Below are positions 18,680-28,921 of a DNA stretch of 32,000 bases, piece after piece. Made by a program: the position numbers and the translations under genes. The notes under the pieces are model-generated. The model was not told the DNA's origin. It ran no database searches and was given only the letters and a program-made list of their open reading frames with translations. Position 1 is the first letter of the stretch. Every line of letters starts with the position of its first letter. The stretch is from Prevotella phage Lak-C1: sequence record MK250029.1; one strand, given 5' to 3'.

Positions 18680-18914
18680 AAAATTCATGATGTATCACGA
18701 ATGAACTATGACAATCTAACATTTACTGTAATACTAAAGCTCTTGACTCAATGCTAATGCTAAAATCTAGGATTTTGTTTATGCTAAATGTAATCAAGCT
18801 AATGCTTTAGTCAATTTACATTATTTATATATCAAACAATATACAAAGTCTATTTTATTCTTAAAATAATTTCACTTAAATAAATATCATAAATGAAATA
18901 GTTATCGTAACTAA

Positions 18915-20132
18915 ATGAAAAAGAATAATTATCTATATGAAGAAATGATACAGGATATTTCTGTTATCGTTAAACATCGAATAAATGAAGCATATGATAA
19001 TCAACTTCTTGAAGAATATGGAGCAAAAGATATATTTAATGATGTAATGAAAGAAGCTACAAAAGATGGAAAAATCTTTTATACACATCTTAAAAAATTT
19101 ATTATTTATGTTATTAAAAAACTTCAAGAAACAAATCAATATAAGCAAGCAGAAAAAATGATGAATGCATATGTTCAGAAAATATAGAAATATATAAATG
19201 AACATAAAAAGATTACGCCTCGTCGTATGTTAAAAATTACAGTTACTGTATTAGCAATATATGGCGGTGTATCAATGGTATAGGATTGTAAATCACTAAT
19301 AAAATCACTACAAAATAATGTAGAAACATATGAACAAACAACAGAAGATATTTCAGATACACAATAGGAAAATATTACTGTTGATGAACCAGAAGATTTT
19401 GTAATCGATATGAAAGACGAAACAAAATAGACATTAAGTGTTAAACATGTTTCATAGGAAGATATTAATAATTCTCCTGCGAATAAATTTGAACATGACA
19501 AGAATTTCAATTTTAAATCGAGTAACAGTGCCCGTGAATTTATTAAAAAACATGAAATGCTTCTACTTTATCCTTATTATGCAAATGAAGCTGAAGAAAA
19601 ACAAGGTAAAGTAACTATAGGTTATGGACATGTTGTATTGGAAACTGATGGCGCATTATATCAGCAAATACAGCAATTAAAAAAGAAAGGTCTTATAAAG
19701 CAGTCATTTACTCGTGATAAAAAAACCGGAAAACTTATATTAAACCCTAAACATTGCAAACCAATTATTACAAAAGTACAAGCAAATAAATTATTTTTAA
19801 AAGATATTAAGATAGCAGAAGATAGAGCATATAAAGCATTGCAAGATATGCCTACTGATGATGATAATGTTAAATGCTATATGTTATATAATCAAAAAAT
19901 AAGAGATGGATTAACATCACTATGTTATAATGCTGGTAATCTTAAACATGATAAGTATTCATTTATAACAAAAGGACTTGCAAAATGTAGATATGATTAT
20001 AAAAATCAGAAAATTAATCCAGGTGATTATAATGTATCATTCAGTTATTTTAAAAATATTAAAGATAATCCTAATAGAAGAAATGAAGAATATAAGTTAT
20101 TCTTTATGAATGCAAATAAATCAATGTCATAA
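18915..20132 (+). CDS. Virion or lytic lysozyme, GH24/T4-lysozyme-like, with long N-terminal extension; five in-frame TAGs
   Basis: Both track ORFs (18915.. and 19557..) share one frame through TAGs. NSAREFIKKHEMLLLYPYYANEAEEKQGKVTIGYGHVV = catalytic E region plus TIGYGH; LTSLCYNAG. Confidence 0.85.
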
Positions 20133-20153
20133 AAATAAAAAAATATTAATATA

Positions 20154-21437
20154 ATGAAGAAATTATTTGAAGCAAAACAAAAACCATTAGTTATTTATAA
20201 TCCTGCTGACATATTTATGAAATATAATATGAAACCAGGTGATTATGTTTCTATTGCATATATATCAGACGTTTTACAGGGTGAATCAAGTAATCCTATT
20301 GCAAGAAGTGGTTCTCAAAAACAATGTTATAATATTAACGAAGAAACAGATGCATAGTTAATGGAATATATTGACAATCTTCCTAATAATAGAATTAAAC
20401 AATTATTAACAGAATTTAGAGAATCTAAGAAATATTAGGATTTTTTAAATGGTACCAGTAAATTAAAGACATGTAAATTAAATTTAACAACAGAACATAT
20501 TATTAAAGTAAGTCATCTTACATGTAACTGGAAAGATTCAAAAGCATTGGCAAAATTCTATGATAAGTAGCGAGATGCTATTTGGAAACTCCGTCAAGAT
20601 TATGATTTTGAAGATGGATTTGATGATAATTATGATAGGGATGAAGATGATGTAAACTGGAGAGATTCATATGATGGTAGAAATATAATACCTCGTACAA
20701 AAAAGAATTATAACGGTAATGTATATAAAGATGCTACTATCCTCCCGGGTATTTATGCAAGTCTTTCAGATCCTGATAAAGTAGCATTTAGATTCGCATA
20801 TAATCAAAGATCTAGTCATAAAGATTCTGATTATTATTATGTAAATGGTGATGGAACATTATTTCCTTTAAATAAAGCATTTGTTACATTCTTAACATAT
20901 GCATATAAGAAAAATAAAGAAGATGAAATTTATCCTACATAGGAAGAAAGAGAATTTGTCGCTAAACTTAAACAAATTACTGATGAAACTCCAAGTACAG
21001 CAGAAATGACTCTTAGTTGTAATTAGATTTTATTTATGAAGTCAACTGCACGCACATCAAAGAACGCAAGAATTTCTCAAAATATTCCATTTGTATGGAT
21101 TAATACAAAAGCAGTTGTCAATAAATATGATTTTATTAATCCAACTGAGTTAAATAACATTATTAAAAATCTTGTGTATTCACTTGATGATACTGATGTT
21201 AATGGTACAATAGAAAATATCAATGTTAAAGGTAAATCAATAAGTGACCTTCTTAATATAGATATGTCTGGTAAAGCAACTGCTGATCCAGCAACTATTA
21301 GACAACGTTTAGGTATTACAGAAGCATTACATATGTTAGCATATAGATTTACACAAACAAAAAAGAAACGTGCATTATATGAATCAATTATGAAAAATGT
21401 TTCTAAAACAATAAAAAGAAAATTACAATTAATTTAA
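20154..21437 (+). CDS. Phage protein, probably late/structural; five in-frame TAGs
   Basis: 20154..20357 and 21036..21437 track ORFs are one frame; open coding sequence between them when TAG is sense; TAA at 21435-21437. Confidence 0.75.
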
Positions 21438-21444
21438 AATAATA

Positions 21445-21478
21445 AAGAGATTGAATAACCAAATATTCAATCTCTTTT
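21445..21478. terminator. Bidirectional terminator-like hairpin between convergent genes
   Basis: aaagagattgaata / tattcaatctcttt. Confidence 0.8.
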
Positions 21479-21494
21479 CTTTTATATTAAAAAA

Positions 21495-22748
21495 TTAAAA
21501 TCTAATAAATGAAACTACTTTTGCAGAAACATTAGGATCTGCAATCTTAAATACCTTATCAGGATTAACCTATAACATGATATTTGCATCACCTTTATCT
21601 GCAACAGAAGATGTCCAATATCTACCGGTACCGATAATATCCATTACTTTATTAAGTTCTGGTAATGTAGGAAGATATGCACGTTCAAAAATTTGTGATT
21701 TTACTTCATTAACTTGTTCACTATTCAAACCATTTAATTTTAATTTCTTTATAGCCATTTGCTTTGCAAGTTTTGCGGCATTATTACCATTATCTTCAAG
21801 AATACTTGTATAAAAATTTCCTTTAATTTCCTCTTGATAATAATAATTAGATCCTGGTGTAATCTCTAATTTCTATTTAGCACCAACTAGCTTTTTCTTA
21901 AAATAATATGAATCATATACATTATTATTTCCTGGATTACCCAATGTTGATTCCTATGAATCCAATATCATAAATACTGGTTTCTTATCTAATGACTAAT
22001 AACTAGAAATAACACATTTAGCAAATGATCCCTATGCATCATTACTTAAAACTAAACCATCTACTTCATCCCATTTAATAAACATACCTTCATTTGCTTT
22101 TTTCAAAGAATTACCTACTGTTTTAAAATATGGTTTTAAATCTGCATATTTTTCACCAAATGGTTCATCTTCTGCAATTTCATCCTCTATATCTTCATCA
22201 TCTGAATCTGATGTATCTACATCATCATAATCAGGATAATCTGTCTATGTAGTTTCTTCAGGTTCATCAACCTTTTTACTTACACTATCATCAAACCCAT
22301 GTGAAACTATAGGTTTATCCTAAATAACTGGTTCATCTTCTATTGTATTATCATCTGTTTGCACATCATCATAATCAGGATAATCCGGTGTCTATACTGG
22401 TTCCTCCTAAGAAATACTACCATCGAATTCACCACCATTTTCAACATATAATTTCTGAATATCTGCTATATTACCGCCTGCATCTATATATGCATTACCA
22501 ATATTCTTATATGCCTTTAATTTATTAATATCTTCATTATTATGTGGACATCCAACCTTCATAGTAAGCAAACCAGCAACATATTTCTATAAAAGAACCT
22601 CTTTTGTATCTTTCTTCATTACCTTTGCATCTTCACCTAATGTTGAACGCAAACGACTTGACATTGAACTCATTGAAGCCCAAATTTTTGGATCAATTGT
22701 TCTCTATACACGGGCTTCATTTAATATATCATTTATAAATGTTCTCAT
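21495..22748 (-). CDS. Phage protein with acidic repeat segment; about eleven in-frame TAGs
   Basis: MRTFINDILNEARVQRTIDPKIWASMSS...; single frame to TAA at 21495-21497. Repeats PDYPDYDDVQTDDNTIEDE and TDYPDYDDVDTSDSDDEDIEDE. Confidence 0.75.
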
Positions 22749-22840
22749 TTAAAATAAATCAATAATTATTTTATATATTTATTTTATATATTTATTTTGT
22801 TATAATTATTTATTATAACATTATCATTTACCATAAAATT

Positions 22841-22871
22841 AAAGAGTATAACTTTTTAAATTATACTCTTT
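22841..22871. terminator. Terminator-like hairpin
   Basis: aaagagtataa / ttatactcttt. Confidence 0.75.
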
Positions 22872-22890
22872 ATTCTTTATTTTGTTTAAA

Positions 22891-23511
22891 TTATAAAATT
22901 GTTGTCCATGCTTCAAATACTGCATCATCATATTCTTCATATGGAATAGTAATATAACCATGATCTGCCCATGAAGTTCCCCATGAATTTCTAATAATAA
23001 ATCCTTGCTTATTATAGCCAACGCATAATACACAATGCCCTCCGGCATAATTAGAACCTTTTCTCCAAAAATATGGATCATTATCTGTAAAAACAGGAAA
23101 ACCCATAGAAACTGGGCCAAACATAATTAATGCACGTTTTCCAACTTCTCCTGATGGAACTAAAGCATATGAATTAATTTTTTCACCATTTAAACCATTA
23201 GTTTTAAGATATTTTAATGCTTCTTTTATAGACATACCTTCCTATGGTTTATTTGAACGAGAATTATATAATGTATTAATAGAGAAATTATTACATTTAC
23301 CATCAGTTCCTACTTTACTGTTATGAAGATAGTCAAGTACACCAGTTAATGATTGACATACACAAGTCTATGTATTACCCTAATCACGAACAGGAGGCAT
23401 AACATCTCTTAAAGAAAATTCATCAGGTAATGGTATTTTTGAATCAACATTTACTACTTGTTCTGTACCATCTAATTTAGACGGAATACATCCATAAAAA
23501 TGTTTCTACTT
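22891..23511 (-). CDS. C1/papain-family cysteine peptidase; start codon unclear; in-frame TAGs at 23368 and 23380 plus at least one more
   Basis: YGCIPSKLDGTEQVVNVDSKIPLPDEFSLRDVMPPVRD[TAG]GNT[TAG]TCVCQSLTG...AGGHCVLCVGYNKQGFIIRNSWGTSWADHGY, the classical papain Gln-Cys-His-Asn arrangement. Confidence 0.88.
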
Positions 23512-23566
23512 ATTATCCATATGTCATTAAATATATTTTATATATTTATTTTCTATATAATAAAAG

Positions 23567-23598
23567 AAAGAGTTAGATATTCGAATATCTAACTCTTT
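23567..23598. terminator. Terminator-like palindrome downstream of portal gene
   Basis: aaagagttagatattcgaatatctaactcttt. Confidence 0.8.
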
Positions 23599-23608
23599 TA
23601 TATTTTTA

Positions 23609-25504
23609 TTAAGAGAAATCACCGCCGGTATCACCTCCACCAGTATCTGCAATTTCAGAACCACCAGATCCCATACCAGTATCACCACCAGAGAATGCTT
23701 CATCACCGCCAGAGAAGTCGCCTCCTCCACCGAAGTCACCTCCACCAGTATCACCTCCGGCGCCGAATGAATCATCAAATCCTGAACCTCCAGAATCACC
23801 ACCGAAATCCATTTCGCCTGGTGCACCGTTACCTTGCTGTTCACCAACTTGCTTACCTATTTCTTGATGTTGTTTAATTGTTTTTGCTTGTTCTAATCGT
23901 TCAATAATTTCACCTTGTTTGTATTTTTCATTAAGTGCAAAATCTTCATCAGACATACCTAAAAATTTCTCAATAAGGAATTTCATACTAAAGAATGGTT
24001 TATTTTCACCTAATTGAATTTGTGCTAAAGTACCTATAATTTCAGCACCCTATTTTAATGCTGTTCTTTCTTTTGCTTTAACAAATAAGTTTTCTTCATT
24101 GAATACAATACCTATACATTGTTTAAGCAATTCAGAATTAGCTAATTCTGGCATCATTAAACATATTTGCACCCATAAAGGTTTTAACAAAATTTCACGA
24201 TACATAACGCGAATACGACTAATAAATCTACTAAATGCATATTCCTCTCGTGTTATACTTGCATCATCTCCACCTAATGGATGCGCCCCATCAGCAGCAG
24301 GATCAATCATAAATCTATTTGCTGGAACTTTTGTTTCTAATATAAAACGTCTCCAGAAATATTTCAATGGTGTAATATCACTTAAGTCATAACCTTCTGT
24401 AGGTATTTCTTCTATTGTCATCGAATTACCATCACGAATTGGGAAAAAATGAGTTTTAGAAAATGAAAAACGTGGTTGACCATTTACAACCATTTCACCA
24501 GATATTTCATCAACTGTTGTTTCTTCATTCCAATCTGCTTTTACTTCATTAACCTTTGCACGAGCTTTGTCCTATGAAATATTACCTACTGGAATACCCA
24601 CTTTAACACGTTTCTGTGAATTCATAATATTCCAAACCATTCTTGATGTTTCAAGTTGTGTTAACATTGTATATGATCTTATTAATCCTTCTAGATAAGA
24701 AACTCGTGAATTTTCACCATACATACCTGTTGACCATGATATATATACAATATTTGAATCTGGTATTTTTCTTTCCAACTATGCATCACCTCTATATTGA
24801 TACCATACTTTTACTTCTTTTCCTGTTTCTGGATCTATTTCAATATCAGGTTCAAGAGTTGCTGCATCCAATTCTCTCATACCTATAATACGTGTAGGTT
24901 TCATAAGATTATCAACAACAATTTCAAATGCCAAATATCCTTCAACTAAGAATTTTTTAAAATAATTCCATGCATCATTTGATTTATCCCAACCATATGT
25001 AGAATATATAATCTTAAATGCTTTTTGACAATTTTTAATTAAATCATCTGCAGTTTCACCATTTGCACCTTTATAATTAGTGTTAAGCTTTAATTTCAGA
25101 AGATTTAAATCTAACTATGCAAAATAATTGTTTTCATCTAATATTATAGTTTCATCTGAAATAGTATCAAGAACAAAAGAAATTGTTTGTTGTGAAGCGA
25201 ACTATCTTAACTATTCACGTCTCTATTGATATGATAAATCATAATATGCATAAGATTGTTTTGTATTTTTAGTAATATCAACATACTATGAAAAAGAATT
25301 TTGATCCTAATTTAAACCATCGTTAAATGGGTATAATGAATCACCTGTATAATTATTTGTTTGAGCGGAACCTAAAGCTAATGATGTTTTAAGAATACTC
25401 TATGATGAATTTAAACTAAGAGAAGACAGATTAATAAGTGTATTGATTTTATTATGATCTGCTTTTCCTGGATTAAACTTTCTTGCTATATATTTTGTAG
25501 GCAT
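23609..25504 (-). CDS. Portal vertex protein (T4 gp20-like) with Gly/Asp-rich C-terminal tail; about ten in-frame TAGs
   Basis: MPTKYIARKFNPGKADHNKINTLINLSSLSL... FFKKFLVEGYLAFEIV, RIIGMRELDAATLEPDIEIDPETGKEVKVWYQYRGDAQLERKIPDSNIVYISW..., LKYFWRRFILETKVPANRFMIDP, EEYAFSRFISRIR; all in one frame with TAG=Q. Confidence 0.88.
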
Positions 25505-25547
25505 TATTATGCTTTTATTTAGTTTTTATATTTATTATATATAAAAA

Positions 25548-25582
25548 TAGGTAATATGTTTATGGAAAATACATATTACCTA
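25548..25582 (-). terminator. Intrinsic-terminator-like hairpin following the tmRNA
   Basis: TAGGTAATATGT ... ACATATTACCTA with T run on the minus strand. Confidence 0.75.
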
Positions 25583-25623
25583 TCAAATAAAATTAAACAA
25601 TTAAATATATATATTATGAAAAA

Positions 25624-26019
25624 TGTGGAGACATCCGGAGTCGAACCGGAGTATTACTAACTTGTCAATAATAAACTATCTACGTGCGTATTTCTTAATT
25701 AGTTTTCATCATACATTCTTAGGAGTTAAACAGTTTAATGTCTTAATCACTCTTATTGGACAAAAAAGTATAGTGAGTTTTATTTAACAGAGAAAACACT
25801 CACTGAACTCCGTGGCGATGCTCAACTTACCTTGTAAGGAGCAAATGCTTCAATTGGTTTATATTACCAATCCTACTGGATTAAGCTGCCATACGAAAAT
25901 CAATTTCGTCGTCATTTAAATTTATTTGCTAAATTTCTTTGTATTACTACAAAAGGCTTTTAACTTTCCTACACGATTTATTACCACATAATTAATAAGC
26001 AAAACCAAAAAATGTCCCC
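25624..26019 (-). ncRNA. ssrA: tmRNA (ssrA-like)
   Basis: 5' GGGGACA pairs with 3' TGTCTCC, including a G3.U70 pair (alanyl identity element). T-arm TCCGG-TTCGACT-CCGGA; about 390 nt between; internal tag-like reading frame ending ...AAT GAC GAC GAA ATT GAT TTT CGT ATG GCA GCT TAA (NDDEIDFRMAA*), followed by a hairpin ATTGGT...ACCAAT. Confidence 0.88.
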
Positions 26020-26063
26020 TAAATATTAATTACATATTTTATATATGTAATTAATTAAAAAGT

Positions 26064-26432
26064 TTACTTTTTCTTTAACTTTTTACCTGTTTTATAATAA
26101 CGATGTAACTTATTATTTAATACAGTATTTATCTCATTAAGTCTATGATTTTCACTAATTAACTTATTATATTTACTATATAATGTATTATATGATATAT
26201 CAAAATCTTTAAGTATTTTCTCTTGTGCTTTAATTACATCATCTTGTAATAAAGACCTTTCATCCTGTGTTTTAATTATATCATCATTATTTTTTATTAT
26301 TGAAGTATATATAGTATATAGTTCTTCTCGTTTTTTATCAATATTATTACTATTCGGCGTAAAAATAGCACTTAATATATTTGTAAAATAATCAGATAAT
26401 TTCATAATTAATATTCTTATTGTGTTAAACAA
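26064..26432 (-). CDS. Hypothetical coiled-coil protein
   Basis: ORF, 122 aa. Confidence 0.5.
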   Translation of the reverse strand: MFNTIRILIMKLSDYFTNILSAIFTPNSNNIDKKREELYTIYTSIIKNNDDIIKTQDERSLLQDDVIKAQEKILKDFDISYNTLYSKYNKLISENHRLNEINTVLNNKLHRYYKTGKKLKKK

Positions 26433-27228
26433 ATATAGTTAATTCCATATTTTTTGACATTAAATTTCCAAATACATTCATAGGAAGTGTTTTTGAAAAT
26501 TTATCATTAACATACAAATCAATATAATTTGCATAACATGATGACTTATTCAATTTATTTTTACCTTCCTCTAAAACTGTAATTCTACCATAAACAATAT
26601 CACCTTCTTTAACATCACTTAAATAATTTGTCTTGATATGAATTCGTTTAACAATATATTTCGGTGTTGCTAAATAAATATCTCCATTGTTTGGAGCATT
26701 ATCAATTGCATCCCATTTTGCCTTTCTTCTTTCTGCATTTTTTTGTTGTCTCTTATTGTATTCAGCAATAGCATCCTCTTCTGTTTCAAAACAACGATTT
26801 CTTGTATTAACATGTGGTACATCACACACAGAAAGAAGATAATATCCCTCTCTAATTTTATAATTATCATCCGCTTCTCTTACAAAACATACAGACCATT
26901 TGTCTGCAGAAGAATATCTTATAATTTCTGAAGCACCTCTAACTGCAGGTGAAATTTCTTTATTAATCTTTACAAATACAATACGTCTACTATCTTTTGA
27001 TATAGGATCTACTGTATATAATGATTTACATTCATTATCTAATACTTCTTTCTTGATAAGAAATCCATAAATAGTTCTACTAAAACTAAAATAGTATGAT
27101 GATCTCCCACTTTCTTCATAATTACCAAGATATAAATCTGTATTATCAATATAATATTCATCAGGAATATTTGATAATGATTTATTATGGTCATATGAAT
27201 TTATAAATGTATATGATTTTGCTTTCAT
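26425..27228 (-). CDS. Hypothetical protein, 267 aa
   Basis: ORF, TAG-free, TAA stop. Confidence 0.65.
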   Translation of the reverse strand: MKAKSYTFINSYDHNKSLSNIPDEYYIDNTDLYLGNYEESGRSSYYFSFSRTIYGFLIKKEVLDNECKSLYTVDPISKDSRRIVFVKINKEISPAVRGASEIIRYSSADKWSVCFVREADDNYKIREGYYLLSVCDVPHVNTRNRCFETEEDAIAEYNKRQQKNAERRKAKWDAIDNAPNNGDIYLATPKYIVKRIHIKTNYLSDVKEGDIVYGRITVLEEGKNKLNKSSCYANYIDLYVNDKFSKTLPMNVFGNLMSKNMELTIFV

Positions 27229-27337
27229 AATTTCTATTTTTCTTTCATTAATTTATATCTCAAAGATACATAAAAGTTTTTAAAATAAAAAATGGAGACT
27301 ATATGAATAATCTCCATTTAATGTATAATATCATTTT

Positions 27338-27556
27338 TTAACAATCTTCTACATTTGTAATAGATACCTTATTTAATTCATCTTGCCAATTAATAACAAA
27401 CTGTAAATTGAATAAGTTATCTTCTACTAATTTCATATTATTAAGTCTCTTAACTTCATTATATAATGTAATTGCTTCTTTTACATTATTCTCCATTCTA
27501 ATTGCTAAATCTGCAATTTCTGCGTATTCTTGCTTTAATATATCTTCTTTAATCAT
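27338..27556 (-). CDS. Hypothetical small protein
   Basis: ORF, 72 aa. Confidence 0.5.
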   Translation of the reverse strand: MIKEDILKQEYAEIADLAIRMENNVKEAITLYNEVKRLNNMKLVEDNLFNLQFVINWQDELNKVSITNVEDC

Positions 27557-27607
27557 TTAAATTCTCTCACAATTTTTTTGATCGAAAAAGACAAAATATT
27601 ATGTTGT

Positions 27608-27889
27608 TTAATTATCAGAGATATAATGTTTAAACTCATCCTGTAATTTTGTTAACATATGTTTAATCTTAACATCTCTAATTTCTGAATTTTTAATTAC
27701 ATTATATTGTCCCATTATAAGATCAATATAATTAGCAACAGCTTTAGCATCTAATTTATCAATAACTGAATATAGATTTATCTCTGGTGTTTTTACTTTA
27801 CTTTCATATAACTCACATTCTGTTTTATTAGTAAAAACTTTTCCATCATCTGCATAATATTCTGTCTTTATAATTGTCTTCTGTTTCAT
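27608..27889 (-). CDS. Hypothetical small protein
   Basis: ORF, 93 aa. Confidence 0.5.
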   Translation of the reverse strand: MKQKTIIKTEYYADDGKVFTNKTECELYESKVKTPEINLYSVIDKLDAKAVANYIDLIMGQYNVIKNSEIRDVKIKHMLTKLQDEFKHYISDN

Positions 27890-27927
27890 AATTGTAAAAA
27901 ATTAAAAATATTACTAATGTCATGTCG

Positions 27928-27999
27928 TTGGGGATCCGAGACTCGAACTCGGCCTAAGAGTTTTAGAGACTCCTGTACTGACCACTATACTAATCCCCA
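27928..27999 (-). tRNA. Amber-decoding tRNA, anticodon CTA (likely tRNA-Gln type)
   Basis: TGGGGAT TA GTAT AGTGGTCA GTAC A GGAGT CT[CTA]AA ACTCT TAGG CCGAG TTCGAGT CTCGG ATCCCCA A; all stems pair, T33 present, U1-A72 as in many Gln tRNAs. Confidence 0.95.
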
Positions 28000-28029
28000 A
28001 TACTATATTTTAATTTACATAACTATTAA

Positions 28030-28800
28030 TTATTCTATATAATCGCTTAATTTCTATTTGTAATGATAATATGTTGATTTACATACATTATATTTAGTTA
28101 AAAAATCTGATTCTGATATATTATTTACAATATCATTCTTCATATCTACTGTTAATTTACTGCAACCATTAGAATTAAATAACTATATTTTCTAATTATA
28201 TTTAGATATTTTCTACATTAATTCTTGTTTATCACGTGATAATATATATCGTTTTTTAACTAAAAGATTACTGACACTACCTCTTGTAAAATTAACATTC
28301 ATATCACGCTTTAATTGTTGTAATGATGTAGATGAAACAATATTCTTTGTATTTATATCATAACAATATATTGTATGCCTTCCATCATTCTATTTTTCAT
28401 ATGATTTTTTCTAAACTATTAATTTCTATTCATCTGTGAATTTATATCCATCAATACCACCATCACCACCTTTTGTTTGATTATAACCAGTAGCTCCATA
28501 ACTATTATATTTACGAATATACTATTTTTCTAATAGATCTCATTGTTGCTTTATATCAGATGTGATATAATTATCAAATGTTTTTAAAATATATAATGAA
28601 AAGGAATCTATACCATATTTCTTAAATGCTTTATATATTGGTGCATTATATCTATTATTAATAGAATTATTAATATGATGTAATAATCTTTTATGTAGAT
28701 TTATACTCTAACCAATATAACACTTTTTATTTATATCATTCTAAATCATATAAATACCCGGACACTATGGTATATTATTTATAATATCATCTTTACTCAT
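28030..28800 (-). CDS. GIY-YIG homing endonuclease with about eleven in-frame TAGs and one in-frame TGA (28540-28542)
   Basis: MSKDDIINNIPQCPGIYMIQNDINKKCYIGQSINLHKRLLHHINNSINNRYNAPIYKAFKKYGIDSFSLYILKTFDNYITSDIKQQ[TGA]DLLEKQYIRKYNSYGATGYNQTKGGDGGIDGYKFTDEQ... Confidence 0.85.
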
Positions 28801-28832
28801 AATAATTTTTAATATTTAATAACCATATTTTG

Positions 28833-28906
28833 TAGCCCCACTCAGATTCGAACTGAGTCAGCGAAAGTTAGAGTTTCGAATGCTTAAACCATTACATCAT
28901 AGGGCA
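28833..28906 (-). tRNA. Second amber-decoding tRNA, anticodon CTA
   Basis: TGCCCTA TG ATGT AATGGTTTAA GCAT T CGAAA CT[CTA]AC TTTCG CTGA CTCAG TTCGAAT CTGAG TGGGGCT A; all stems pair except position 1-72. Confidence 0.92.
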
Positions 28907-28921
28907 ATAAAAATATAAAAA

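Noticed and set aside
22343-23877. Plus-strand and off-frame ORFs at 22343..22528, 22839..23120, 23527..23847, 23695..23877, 24643..24888
   Set aside because: Shadows of the TAG-interrupted portal, peptidase and acidic-repeat genes in other frames; compositions (Leu/His/Tyr runs) are typical of frame artefacts.
28540-28542. Interpreting the GIY-YIG gene as two separate genes split at TGA
   Set aside because: The YIRKYNSYGATGYN segment after TGA is the normal continuation of the GIY-YIG domain, and no start codon with independent features follows directly.
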